From the NCBI GenBank assembly GCA_053919585.1, contig CM132802.1: DNA of 64,000 bases. One strand, written 5' to 3'. The position numbers and the translations under genes are program-made. The notes beneath the pieces were generated by a model. It saw only the letters and a program-made list of their open reading frames with translations. It did no database searches and was not told where the DNA came from. Below, piece after piece: positions 39,101-54,100 of this stretch (positions within the stretch are counted from its first letter, which is position 1; each line of letters starts with the position of its first letter). The stretch comes from Euprymna scolopes. Its lineage: Eukaryota.

Positions 39101-42100
39101 TGATTAAGTTCATTAACAACCTACAGTTGAAAGTTAAAAATTTGATTAAGTTCATTAGCAACCTACAGTTGAAAGTTAAAAATTTTATTAAGTTCATCAG
39201 CAACCCACAGTTGAAAGTTAAAAATTTGATTAAGTTCATTAACAACCTACAGTTGAAAGTTAAAAATTTGATTAAGTTCATTAACAACCTACAGTTGAAA
39301 GTTAAAAATTTGATTAAGTTCATTAGCAACCTACAGTTGAAAGTTAAAAATTTTATTAAGTTCATCAGCAACCCACAGTTGAAAGTTAAAAATTTGTATT
39401 AAGTTCATCAGCAACCCACAGTTGAAAGTTAAAAATTTGATTAAGTTCATTAACAACCTACAGTTGAAAGTTAAAAATTTGATTAAGTTCATTAACAACC
39501 TACAGTTGAAAGTTAAAAATTTGATTAAGTTCATTAGCAACCTACAGTTGAAAGTTAAAAATTTTATTAAGTTCATCAGCAACCCACAGTTGAAAGTTAA
39601 AAATTTTATTAAGTTCATCAGCAACCCACAGTTGAAAGTTAAAAATTTGATTAAGTTCATTAACAACCTACAGTTGAAAGTTAAAAATTTGATTAAGTTC
39701 ATTAACAACCTACAGTTGAAAGTTAAAAATTTGATTAAGTTCATTAGCAACCTACAGTTGAAAGTTAAAAATTTTATTAAGTTCATCAGCAACCCACAGT
39801 TGAAAGTTAAAAATTTGATTAAGTTCATTAACAACCTACAGTTGAAAGTTAAAAATTTGATTAAGTTCATTAACAACCTACAGTTGAAAGTTAAAAATTT
39901 GATTAAGTTCATTAGCAACCTACAGTTGAAAGTTAAAAATTTTATTAAGTTCATCAGCAACCCACAGTTAAAAGTTAAAAATTTGATTAAGTTCATTAAC
40001 AACCTACAGTTGAAAGTTAAAAATTTGATTAAGTTCATTAACAACCTACAGTTGAAAGTTAAAAATTTGATTAAGTTCATTAACAACCTACAGTTGAAAG
40101 TTAAAAATTTGATTAAGTTCATTAACAACCTACAGTTGAAAGTTAAAAATTTGATTAAGTTCATCAGCAACCTACATTTGAAAGTTAAAAATTTGATTAA
40201 GTTCATTAGCAACCTACAGTTGAAAGTTAAAAATTTGATTAAGTTCATTAACAACCTACAGTTGAAAGTTAAAAATTTGATTAAGTTCATTAACAACCTA
40301 CAGTTGAAAGTTAAAAATTTGATTAAGTTCATTAGCAACCTACAGTTGAAAGTTCAAAATTTGATTAAGTTCATTAACAACCTACAGTTGAAAGTTAAAA
40401 ATTTGATTAAGTTCATTAGCAACCTACAGTTGAAAGTTAAAAATTTTATTAAGTTCATCAGCAACCCACAGTTGAAAGTTAAAAATTTGATTAAGTTCAT
40501 TAACAACCTACAGTTGAAAGTTAAAAATTTGATTAAGTTCATTAACAACCTACAGTTGAAAGTTAAAAATTTGATTAAGTTCATTAGCAACCTACAGTTG
40601 AAAGTTAAAAATTTTATTAAGTTCATCAGCAACCCACAGTTGAAAGTTAAAAATTTGATTAAGTTCATCAGCAACCCACAGTTGAAAGTTAAAAATTTGA
40701 TTAAGTTCATTAACAACCTACAGTTGAAAGTTAAAAATTTGATTAAGTTCATTAACAACCTACAGTTGAAAGTTAAAAATTTGATTAAGTTCATTAGCAA
40801 CCTACAGTTGAAAGTTAAAAATTTTATTAAGTTCATCAGCAACCCACAGTTGAAAGTTAAAAATTTTATTAAGTTCATCAGCAACCCACAGTTGAAAGTT
40901 AAAAATTTGATTAAGTTCATTAACAACCTACAGTTGAAAGTTAAAAATTTGATTAAGTTCATTAACAACCTACAGTTGAAAGTTAAAAATTTGATTAAGT
41001 TCATTAGCAACCTACAGTTGAAAGTTAAAAATTTTATTAAGTTCATCAGCAACCCACAGTTGAAAGTTAAAAATTTGATTAAGTTCATTAACAACCTACA
41101 GTTGAAAGTTAAAAATTTGATTAAGTTCATTAACAACCTACAGTTGAAAGTTAAAAATTTGATTAAGTTCATTAGCAACCTACAGTTGAAAGTTAAAAAT
41201 TTTATTAAGTTCATCAGCAACCCACAGTTGAAAGTTAAAAATTTGATTAAGTTCATTAACAACCTACAGTTGAAAGTTAAAAATTTGATTAAGTTCATTA
41301 ACAACCTACAGTTGAAAGTTAAAAATTTGATTAAGTTCATTAACAACCTACAGTTGAAAGTTAAAAATTTGATTAAGTTCATTAACAACCTACAGTTGAA
41401 AGTTAAAAATTTGATTAAGTTCATCAGCAACCTACATTTGAAAGTTAAAAATTTGATTAAGTTCATTAGCAACCTACAGTTGAAAGTTAAAAATTTGATT
41501 AAGTTCATTAACAACCTACAGTTGAAAGTTAAAAATTTGATTAAGTTCATTAACAACCTACAGTTGAAAGTTAAAAATTTGATTAAGTTCATTAGCAACC
41601 TACAGTTGAAAGTTCAAAATTTGATTAAGTTCATTAACAACCTACAGTTGAAAGTTAAAAATTTGATTAAGTTCATTAGCAACCTACAGTTGAAAGTTAA
41701 AAATTTTATTAAGTTCATCAGCAACCCACAGTTGAAAGTTAAAAATTTGATTAAGTTCATTAACAACCTACAGTTGAAAGTTAAAAATTTGATTAAGTTC
41801 ATTAACAACCTACAGTTGAAAGTTTAAAATTTTATTAAGTTCATTAGCAACCTACAGTTGAAAGTTAAAAATTTTATTAAGTTCATCAGCAACCCACAGT
41901 TGAAAGTTCAAAATTTGATTAAGTTCATCAGCAACCTACATTTGAAAGTTAAAAATTTGATTAAGTTCATTAGCAACCTACAGTTGAAAGTTAAAAATTT
42001 GATTAGTTCATTAGCAACCTACAGTTGAAAGTTAAAAATTTGATTAAGTTCATTAGCAACCTACAGTTGAAAGTTAAAAATTTGATTAAGTTCATCAGCA

Positions 42101-45100
42101 ACCTACAGTTGAAAGTTAAAAATTTGATTAAGTTCATTAGCAACCTACAGTTGAAAGTTAAAAATTTGATTAAGTTCATCAGCAACCTACAGTTGAAAGT
42201 TAAAAATTTGATTAAGTTCATTAGCAACCTACAGTTGAAAGTTAAAAATTTGATTAAGTTCATTAGCAACCTACAGTTGAAAGTTAAAAATTTTATTAAG
42301 TTCATCAGCAACCCACAGTTGAAAGTTCAAAATTTGATTAAGTTCATCAGCAACCTACATTTGAAAGTTAAAAATTTGATTAAGTTCATTAGCAACCTAC
42401 AGTTGAAAGTTAAAAATTTGATTAGTTCATTAGCAACCTACAGTTGAAAGTTAAAAATTTGATTAAGTTCATTAGCAACCTACAGTTGAAAGTTAAAAAT
42501 TTGATTAAGTTCATCAGCAACCTACAGTTGAAAGTTAAAAATTTGATTAAGTTCATTAGCAACCTACAGTTGAAAGTTAAAAATTTGATTAGTTCATTAA
42601 CAACCTACAGTTGAAAGTTAAAAATTTGATAAAGTTCATTAGCAACCTACAGTTGAAAGTTAAAAATTTGATTAAGTTCATTAGCAACCTACAGTTGAAA
42701 GTTAAAAATTTGATTAAGTTCATCAGCAACCTACAGTTGAAAGTTAAAAATTTGATTAAGTTCATTAGCAACCTACAGTTGAAAGTTAAAAATTTGATTA
42801 GTTCATTAACAACCTACAGTTGAAAGTTAAAAATTTGATAAAGTTCATTAGCAACCTACAGTTGAAAGTTAAAAATTTGATTAAGTTCATTAGCAACCTA
42901 CAGTTGAAAGTTAAAAATTTGATTAAGTTCATCAGCAACCTACAGTTGAAAGTTAAAAATTTGATTAAGTTCATTAGCAACCTACAGTTGGAAGTTAAAA
43001 ATTTGATTAAGTTCATCAGCAACCTACAGTTGAAAGTTAAAAATTTGATTAAGTTCATTAGCAACCTACAGTTGAAAGTTAAAAATTTGATTAAGTTCAT
43101 TAGCAACCTACAGTTGAAAATTAAAAATTTTATTAAGTTCATCAGCAACCCACAGTTGAAAGTTAAAAATTTGATTAAGTTCATCAGCAACCTACAGTTG
43201 AAAGTTAAAAATTTGATTAAGTTCATTAGCAACCTACAGTTGAAAGTTAAAAATTTGATTAGTTCATTAGCAACCTACAGTTGAAAGTTAAAAATTTTAT
43301 TAAGTTCATCAGCAACCCACAGTTGAAAGTTCAAAATTTGATTAAGTTCATCAGCAACCTACATTTGAAAGTTAAAAATTTGATTAAGTTCATTAGCAAC
43401 CTACAGTTGGAAGTTAAAAATTTGATTAAGTTCATCAGCAACCTACAGTTGAAAGTTAAAAATTTGATTAAGTTCATTAGCAACCTACAGTTGAAAGTTA
43501 AAAATTTGATTAAGTTCATTAGCAACCTACAGTTGAAAGTTAAAAATTTTATTAAGTTCATCAGCAACCCACAGTTGAAAGTTCAAAATTTGATTAAGTT
43601 CATCAGCAACCTACATTTGAAAGTTAAAAATTTGATTAAGTTCATTAGCAACCTACAGTTGAAAGTTAAAAATTTGATTAGTTCATTAGCAACCTACAGT
43701 TGAAAGTTAAAAATTTGATTAAGTTCATTAGCAACCTACAGTTGAAAGTTAAAAATTTGATTAAGTTCATCAGCAACCTACAGTTGAAAGTTAAAAATTT
43801 GATTAAGTTCATTAGCAACCTACAGTTGAAAGTTAAAAATTTGATTAGTTCATTAACAACCTACAGTTGAAAGTTAAAAATTTGATAAAGTTCATTAGCA
43901 ACCTACAGTTGAAAGTTAAAAATTTGATTAAGTTCATTAGCAACCTACAGTTGAAAGTTAAAAATTTGATTAAGTTCATCAGCAACCTACAGTTGAAAGT
44001 TAAAAATTTGATTAAGTTCATTAGCAACCTACAGTTGAAAGTTAAAAATTTGATTAGTTCATTAACAACCTACAGTTGAAAGTTAAAAATTTGATAAAGT
44101 TCATTAGCAACCTACAGTTGAAAGTTAAAAATTTGATTAAGTTCATTAGCAACCTACAGTTGAAAGTTAAAAATTTGATTAAGTTCATCAGCAACCTACA
44201 GTTGAAAGTTAAAAATTTGATTAAGTTCATTAGCAACCTACAGTTGGAAGTTAAAAATTTGATTAAGTTCATCAGCAACCTACAGTTGAAAGTTAAAAAT
44301 TTGATTAAGTTCATTAGCAACCTACAGTTGAAAGTTAAAAATTTGATTAAGTTCATTAGCAACCTACAGTTGAAAGTTAAAAATTTTATTAAGTTCATCA
44401 GCAACCCACAGTTGAAAGTTAAAAATTTGATTAAGTTCATCAGCAACCTACAGTTGAAAGTTAAAAATTTTATTAAGTTCATTAGCAACCTACAGTTGAA
44501 AGTTAAAAATTTGATTAAGTTCATCAGCAACCTACAGTTGAAAGTTAAAAATTTGATTAAGTTCATTAGCAACCTACAGTTGAAAGTTAAAAATTTGATT
44601 AGTTCATTAACAACCTACAGTTGAAAGTTAAAAATTTGATAAAGTTCATTAGCAACCTACAGTTGAAAGTTAAAAATTTGATTAAGTTCATTAGCAACCT
44701 ACAGTTGAAAGTTAAAAATTTGATTAAGTTCATCAGCAACCTACAGTTGAAAGTTAAAAATTTGATTAAGTTCATTAGCAACCTACAGTTGAAAGTTAAA
44801 AATTTGATTAGTTCATTAACAACCTACATTTGAAAGTTAAAAATTTGATAAAGTTCATTAGCAACCTACAGTTGAAAGTTAAAAATTTGATTAAGTTCAT
44901 TAGCAACCTACAGTTGAAAGTTAAAAATTTGATTAAGTTCATCAGCAACCTACAGTTGAAAGTTAAAAATTTGATTAAGTTCATTAGCAACCTACAGTTG
45001 AAAGTTAAAAATTTTATTAAGTTCATCAGCAACCTACAGTTGAAAGTTAAAAATTTGATTAAGTTCATCAGCAACCTACAGTTGAAAGTTAAAAATTTGA

Positions 45101-48100
45101 TTAAGTTCATCAGCAACCTACAGTTGAAAGTTAAAAATTTGATTAAGTTCATTAGCAACCTACAGTTGAAAGTTAAAAATTTGATTAGTTCATTAACAAC
45201 CTACAGTTGAAAGTTAAAAATTTGATAAAGTTCATTAGCAACCTACAGTTGAAAGTTAAAAATTTGATTAAGTTCATTAGCAACCTACAGTTGAAAGTTA
45301 AAAATTTGATTAAGTTCATCAGCAACCTACAGTTGAAAGTTAAAAATTTGATTAAGTTCATTAGCAACCTACAGTTGAAAGTTAAAAATTTGATTAGTTC
45401 ATTAACAACCTACATTTGAAAGTTAAAAATTTGATAAAGTTCATTAGCAACCTACAGTTGAAAGTTAAAAATTTGATTAAGTTCATTAGCAACCTACAGT
45501 TGAAAGTTAAAAATTTGATTAAGTTCATCAGCAACCTACAGTTGAAAGTTAAAAATTTGATTAAGTTCATTAGCAACCTACAGTTGAAAGTTAAAAATTT
45601 TATTAAGTTCATCAGCAACCTACAGTTGAAAGTTAAAAATTTGATTAAGTTCATCAGCAACCTACAGTTGAAAGTTAAAAATTTGATTAAGTTCATCAGC
45701 AACCTACAGTTGAAAGTTAAAAATTTGATTAAGTTCATTAGCAACCTACAGTTGAAAGTTAAAAATTTGATTAGTTCATTAACAACCTACAGTTGAAAGT
45801 TAAAAATTTGATAAAGTTCATTAGCAACCTACAGTTGAAAGTTAAAAATTTGATTAAGTTCATTAGCAACCTACAGTTGAAAGTTAAAAATTTTATTAAG
45901 TTCATCAGCAACCTACAGTTGAAAGTTAAAAATTTGATTAAGTTCATTAGCAACCTACAGTTGAAAGTTAAAAATTTGATTAGTTCATTAACAACCTACA
46001 GTTGAAAGTTAAAAATTTGATAAAGTTCATTAGCAACCTACAGTTGAAAGTTAAAAATTTGATTAAGTTCATTAGCAACCTACAGTTGAAAGTTAAAAAT
46101 TTGATTAAGTTCATCAGCAACCTACAGTTGAAAGTTAAAAATTTGATTAAGTTCATTAGCAACCTACAGTTGAAAGTTAAAAATTTGATTAAGTTCATCA
46201 GCAACCTACATTTGAAAGTTAAAAATTTGATTAAGTTCATTAGCAACCCACAGTTGAAAGTTCAAAATTTGATTAAGTTCATTAACAACCTACAGTTGAA
46301 AGTTAAAAATTTGATTAAGTTCATTAACAACCCACAGTTGAAAGTTAAAAATTTGATTAAGTTCATTAACAACCTACATTTGAAAGTTAAAAATTTGATT
46401 AAGTTCATTAACAACCTACATTTGAAAGTTAAAAATTTGATTAAGTTCATTAACAACCCACAGTTGAAAGTTAAAAATTTGATTAAGTTCATTAACAACC
46501 TACATTTGAAAGTTAAAAATTTGATTAAGTTCATCAGCAACCCACAGTTGAAAGTTCAAAATTTGATTAAGTTCATTAACAACCTACAGTTGAAAGTTAA
46601 AAATTTGATTAAGTTCATTAACAACCTACAGTTGAAAGTTAAAAATTTGATTAAGTTCATTAACAACCTACAGTTGAAAGTTAAAAATTTGATTAAGTTC
46701 ATTAACAACCTACAGTTGAAAGTTAAAAATTTGATTAAGTTCATCAGCAACCTACATTTGAAAGTTAAAAATTTGATTAAGTTCATTAGCAACCCACAGT
46801 TGAAAGTTCAAAATTTGATTAAGTTCATTAACAACCTACAGTTGAAAGTTAAAAATTTGATTAAGTTCATTAACAACCTACATTTGAAAGTTAAAAATTT
46901 GATTAAGTTCATTAACAACCTACAGTTGAAAGTTAAAAATTTGATTAAGTTCATTAACAACCTACATTTGAAAGTTAAAAATTTGATTAAGTTCATCAGC
47001 AACCCACAGTTGAAAGTTCAAAATTTGATTAAGTTCATTAACAACCTACAGTTGAAAGTTAAAAATTTGATTAAGTTCATTAACAACCTACAGTTGAAAG
47101 TTAAAAATTTGATTAAGTTCATTAACAACCTACAGTTGAAAGTTAAAAATTTGATTAAGTTCATCAGCAACCTACATTTGAAAGTTAAAAATTTGATTAA
47201 GTTCATTAGCAACCCACAGTTGAAAGTTCAAAATTTGATTAAGTTCATTAACAACCTACAGTTGAAAGTTAAAAATTTGATTAAGTTCATTAACAACCTA
47301 CATTTGAAAGTTAAAAATTTGATTAAGTTCATTAACAACCTACAGTTGAAAGTTAAAAATTTGATTAAGTTCATTAACAACCTACATTTGAAAGTTAAAA
47401 ATTTGATTAAGTTCATCAGCAACCCACAGTTGAAAGTTCAAAATTTGATTAAGTTCATTAACAACCTACAGTTGAAAGTTAAAAATTTGATTAAGTTCAT
47501 TAACAACCTACAGTTGAAAGTTAAAAATTTGATTAAGTTCATTAACAACCTACAGTTGAAAGTTAAAAATTTGATTAAGTTCATTAACAACCTACAGTTG
47601 AAAGTTAAAAATTTGATTAAGTTCATCAGCAACCTACATTTGAAAGTTAAAAATTTGATTAAGTTCATTAGCAACCCACAGTTGAAAGTTCAAAATTTGA
47701 TTAAGTTCATTAACAACCTACAGTTGAAAGTTAAAAATTTGATTAAGTTCATTAACAACCTACAGTTGAAAGTTAAAAATTTGATTAAGTTCATTAGCAA
47801 CCTACAGTTGAAAGTTAAAAATTTTATTAAGTTCATCAGCAACCCACAGTTGAAAGTTAAAAATTTGATTAAGTTCATTAACAACCTACAGTTGAAAGTT
47901 AAAAATTTGATTAAGTTCATCAGCAACCTACATTTGAAAGTTAAAAATTTGATTAAGTTCATTAGCAACCCACAGTTGAAAGTTCAAAATTTGATTAAGT
48001 TCATTAACAACCTACAGTTGAAAGTTAAAAATTTGATTAAGTTCATTAACAACCTACAGTTGAAAGTTAAAAATTTGATTAAGTTCATTAGCAACCTACA

Positions 48101-51100
48101 GTTGAAAGTTAAAAATTTTATTAAGTTCATCAGCAACCCACAGTTGAAAGTTAAAAATTTGATTAAGTTCATTAACAACCTACAGTTGAAAGTTAAAAAT
48201 TTGATTAAGTTCATTAACAACCTACAGTTGAAAGTTAAAAATTTGATTAAGTTCATTAACAACCTACAGTTGAAAGTTAAAAATTTGATTAAGTTCATTA
48301 ACAACCTACAGTTGAAAGTTAAAAATTTGATTAAGTTCATCAGCAACCTACATTTGAAAGTTAAAAATTTGATTAAGTTCATTAGCAACCCACAGTTGAA
48401 AGTTCAAAATTTGATTAAGTTCATTAACAACCTACAGTTGAAAGTTAAAAATTTGATTAAGTTCATTAACAACCTACAGTTGAAAGTTAAAAATTTGATT
48501 AAGTTCATTAGCAACCTACAGTTGAAAGTTAAAAATTTTATTAAGTTCATCAGCAACCCACAGTTGAAAGTTAAAAATTTGATTAAGTTCATTAACAACC
48601 TACAGTTGAAAGTTAAAAATTTGATTAAGTTCATCAGCAACCTACATTTGAAAGTTAAAAATTTGATTAAGTTCATTAGCAACCCACAGTTGAAAGTTCA
48701 AAATTTGATTAAGTTCATTAACAACCTACAGTTGAAAGTTAAAAATTTGATTAAGTTCATTAACAACCTACAGTTGAAAGTTAAAAATTTGATTAAGTTC
48801 ATTAGCAACCTACAGTTGAAAGTTAAAAATTTTATTAAGTTCATCAGCAACCCACAGTTGAAAGTTAAAAATTTGATTAAGTTCATTAACAACCTACAGT
48901 TGAAAGTTAAAAATTTGATTAAGTTCATTAACAACCTACAGTTGAAAGTTAAAAATTTGATTAAGTTCATTAACAACCTACAGTTGAAAGTTAAAAATTT
49001 GATTAAGTTCATTAACAACCTACAGTTGAAAGTTAAAAATTTGATTAAGTTCATCAGCAACCTACATTTGAAAGTTAAAAATTTGATTAAGTTCATTAGC
49101 AACCTACAGTTGAAAGTTAAAAATTTGATTAAGTTCATTAACAACCTACAGTTGAAAGTTAAAAATTTGATTAAGTTCATTAACAACCTACAGTTGAAAG
49201 TTAAAAATTTGATTAAGTTCATTAGCAACCTACAGTTGAAAGTTCAAAATTTGATTAAGTTCATTAACAACCTACAGTTGAAAGTTAAAAATTTGATTAA
49301 GTTCATTAGCAACCTACAGTTGAAAGTTAAAAATTTTATTAAGTTCATCAGCAACCCACAGTTGAAAGTTAAAAATTTGATTAAGTTCATTAACAACCTA
49401 CAGTTGAAATTAAAAATTTGATTAAGTTCATTAACAACCTACAGTTGAAAGTTAAAAATTTGATTAAGTTCATTAGCAACCTACAGTTGAAAGTTAAAAA
49501 TTTTATTAAGTTCATCAGCAACCCACAGTTGAAAGTTAAAAATTTGATTAAGTTCATCAGCAACCCACAGTTGAAAGTTAAAAATTTGATTAAGTTCATT
49601 AACAACCTACAGTTGAAAGTTAAAAATTTGATTAAGTTCATTAACAACCTACAGTTGAAAGTTAAAAATTTGATTAAGTTCATTAGCAACCTACAGTTGA
49701 AAGTTAAAAATTTTATTAAGTTCATCAGCAACCCACAGTTGAAAGTTAAAAATTTTATTAAGTTCATCAGCAACCCACAGTTGAAAGTTAAAAATTTGAT
49801 TAAGTTCATTAACAACCTACAGTTGAAAGTTAAAAATTTGATTAAGTTCATTAACAACCTACAGTTGAAAGTTAAAAATTTGATTAAGTTCATTAGCAAC
49901 CTACAGTTGAAAGTTAAAAATTTTATTAAGTTCATCAGCAACCCACAGTTGAAAGTTAAAAATTTGATTAAGTTCATTAACAACCTACAGTTGAAAGTTA
50001 AAAATTTGATTAAGTTCATTAACAACCTACAGTTGAAAGTTAAAAATTTGATTAAGTTCATTAGCAACCTACAGTTGAAAGTTAAAAATTTTATTAAGTT
50101 CATCAGCAACCCACAGTTGAAAGTTAAAAATTTGATTAAGTTCATTAACAACCTACAGTTGAAAGTTAAAAATTTGATTAAGTTCATTAACAACCTACAG
50201 TTGAAAGTTAAAAATTTGATTAAGTTCATTAACAACCTACAGTTGAAAGTTAAAAATTTGATTAAGTTCATTAACAACCTACAGTTGAAAGTTAAAAATT
50301 TGATTAAGTTCATCAGCAACCTACATTTGAAAGTTAAAAATTTGATTAAGTTCATTAGCAACCTACAGTTGAAAGTTAAAAATTTGATTAAGTTCATTAA
50401 CAACCTACAGTTGAAAGTTAAAAATTTGATTAAGTTCATTAACAACCTACAGTTGAAAGTTAAAAATTTGATTAAGTTCATTAGCAACCTACAGTTGAAA
50501 GTTCAAAATTTGATTAAGTTCATTAACAACCTACAGTTGAAAGTTAAAAATTTGATTAAGTTCATTAGCAACCTACAGTTGAAAGTTAAAAATTTTATTA
50601 AGTTCATCAGCAACCCACAGTTGAAAGTTAAAAATTTGATTAAGTTCATTAACAACCTACAGTTGAAAGTTAAAAATTTGATTAAGTTCATTAACAACCT
50701 ACAGTTGAAAGTTAAAAATTTGATTAAGTTCATTAGCAACCTACAGTTGAAAGTTAAAAATTTTATTAAGTTCATCAGCAACCCACAGTTGAAAGTTAAA
50801 AATTTGATTAAGTTCATCAGCAACCCACAGTTGAAAGTTAAAAATTTGATTAAGTTCATTAACAACCTACAGTTGAAAGTTAAAAATTTGATTAAGTTCA
50901 TTAACAACCTACAGTTGAAAGTTAAAAATTTGATTAAGTTCATTAGCAACCTACAGTTGAAAGTTAAAAATTTTATTAAGTTCATCAGCAACCCACAGTT
51001 GAAAGTTAAAAATTTTATTAAGTTCATCAGCAACCCACAGTTGAAAGTTAAAAATTTGATTAAGTTCATTAACAACCTACAGTTGAAAGTTAAAAATTTG

Positions 51101-54100
51101 ATTAAGTTCATTAACAACCTACAGTTGAAAGTTAAAAATTTGATTAAGTTCATTAGCAACCTACAGTTGAAAGTTAAAAATTTTATTAAGTTCATCAGCA
51201 ACCCACAGTTGAAAGTTAAAAATTTGATTAAGTTCATTAACAACCTACAGTTGAAAGTTAAAAATTTGATTAAGTTCATTAACAACCTACAGTTGAAAGT
51301 TAAAAATTTGATTAAGTTCATTAGCAACCTACAGTTGAAAGTTAAAAATTTTATTAAGTTCATCAGCAACCCACAGTTGAAAGTTAAAAATTTGATTAAG
51401 TTCATTAACAACCTACAGTTGAAAGTTAAAAATTTGATTAAGTTCATTAACAACCTACAGTTGAAAGTTAAAAATTTGATTAAGTTCATTAACAACCTAC
51501 AGTTGAAAGTTAAAAATTTGATTAAGTTCATTAACAACCTACAGTTGAAAGTTAAAAATTTGATTAAGTTCATCAGCAACCTACATTTGAAAGTTAAAAA
51601 TTTGATTAAGTTCATTAGCAACCTACAGTTGAAAGTTAAAAATTTGATTAAGTTCATTAACAACCTACAGTTGAAAGTTAAAAATTTGATTAAGTTCATT
51701 AACAACCTACAGTTGAAAGTTAAAAATTTGATTAAGTTCATTAGCAACCTACAGTTGAAAGTTCAAAATTTGATTAAGTTCATTAACAACCTACAGTTGA
51801 AAGTTAAAAATTTGATTAAGTTCATTAGCAACCTACAGTTGAAAGTTAAAAATTTTATTAAGTTCATCAGCAACCCACAGTTGAAAGTTAAAAATTTGAT
51901 TAAGTTCATTAACAACCTACAGTTGAAAGTTAAAAATTTGATTAAGTTCATTAACAACCTACAGTTGAAAGTTTAAAATTTTATTAAGTTCATTAGCAAC
52001 CTACAGTTGAAAGTTAAAAATTTTATTAAGTTCATCAGCAACCCACAGTTGAAAGTTCAAAATTTGATTAAGTTCATCAGCAACCTACATTTGAAAGTTA
52101 AAAATTTGATTAAGTTCATTAGCAACCTACAGTTGAAAGTTAAAAATTTGATTAGTTCATTAGCAACCTACAGTTGAAAGTTAAAAATTTGATTAAGTTC
52201 ATTAGCAACCTACAGTTGAAAGTTAAAAATTTGATTAAGTTCATCAGCAACCTACAGTTGAAAGTTAAAAATTTGATTAAGTTCATTAGCAACCTACAGT
52301 TGAAAGTTAAAAATTTGATTAAGTTCATCAGCAACCTACAGTTGAAAGTTAAAAATTTGATTAAGTTCATTAGCAACCTACAGTTGAAAGTTAAAAATTT
52401 GATTAAGTTCATTAGCAACCTACAGTTGAAAGTTAAAAATTTTATTAAGTTCATCAGCAACCCACAGTTGAAAGTTCAAAATTTGATTAAGTTCATCAGC
52501 AACCTACATTTGAAAGTTAAAAATTTGATTAAGTTCATTAGCAACCTACAGTTGAAAGTTAAAAATTTGATTAGTTCATTAGCAACCTACAGTTGAAAGT
52601 TAAAAATTTGATTAAGTTCATTAGCAACCTACAGTTGAAAGTTAAAAATTTGATTAAGTTCATCAGCAACCTACAGTTGAAAGTTAAAAATTTGATTAAG
52701 TTCATTAGCAACCTACAGTTGAAAGTTAAAAATTTGATTATTTCATTAACAACCTACAGTTGAAAGTTAAAAATTTGATAAAGTTCATTAGCAACCTACA
52801 GTTGAAAGTTAAAAATTTGATTAAGTTCATTAGCAACCTACAGTTGAAAGTTAAAAATTTGATTAAGTTCATCAGCAACCTACAGTTGAAAGTTAAAAAT
52901 TTGATTAAGTTCATTAGCAACCTACAGTTGAAAGTTAAAAATTTGATTAGTTCATTAACAACCTACAGTTGAAAGTTAAAAATTTGATAAAGTTCATTAG
53001 CAACCTACAGTTGAAAGTTAAAAATTTGATTAAGTTCATTAGCAACCTACAGTTGAAAGTTAAAAATTTGATTAAGTTCATCAGCAACCTACAGTTGAAA
53101 GTTAAAAATTTGATTAAGTTCATTAGCAACCTACAGTTGGAAGTTAAAAATTTGATTAAGTTCATCAGCAACCTACAGTTGAAAGTTAAAAATTTGATTA
53201 AGTTCATTAGCAACCTACAGTTGAAAGTTAAAAATTTGATTAAGTTCATTAGCAACCTACAGTTGAAAGTTAAAAATTTTATTAAGTTCATCAGCAACCC
53301 ACAGTTGAAAGTTAAAAATTTGATTAAGTTCATCAGCAACCTACAGTTGAAAGTTAAAAATTTGATTAAGTTCATTAGCAACCTACAGTTGAAAGTTAAA
53401 AATTTGATTAAGTTCATCAGCAACCTACAGTTGAAAGTTAAAAATTTGATTAAGTTCATTAGCAACCTACAGTTGAAAGTTAAAAATTTGATTAGTTCAT
53501 TAACAACCTACAGTTGAAAGTTAAAAATTTGATAAAGTTCATTAGCAACCTACAGTTGAAAGTTAAAAATTTGATTAAGTTCATTAGCAACCTACAGTTG
53601 AAAGTTAAAAATTTGATTAAGTTCATCAGCAACCTACAGTTGAAAGTTAAAAATTTGATTAAGTTCATTAGCAACCTACAGTTGAAAGTTAAAAATTTGA
53701 TTAGTTCATTAACAACCTACATTTGAAAGTTAAAAATTTGATAAAGTTCATTAGCAACCTACAGTTGAAAGTTAAAAATTTGATTAAGTTCATTAGCAAC
53801 CTACAGTTGAAAGTTAAAAATTTGATTAAGTTCATCAGCAACCTACAGTTGAAAGTTAAAAATTTGATTAAGTTCATTAGCAACCTACAGTTGAAAGTTA
53901 AAAATTTTATTAAGTTCATCAGCAACCTACAGTTGAAAGTTAAAAATTTGATTAAGTTCATCAGCAACCTACAGTTGAAAGTTAAAAATTTGATTAAGTT
54001 CATCAGCAACCTACAGTTGAAAGTTAAAAATTTGATTAAGTTCATTAGCAACCTACAGTTGAAAGTTAAAAATTTGATTAGTTCATTAACAACCTACAGT

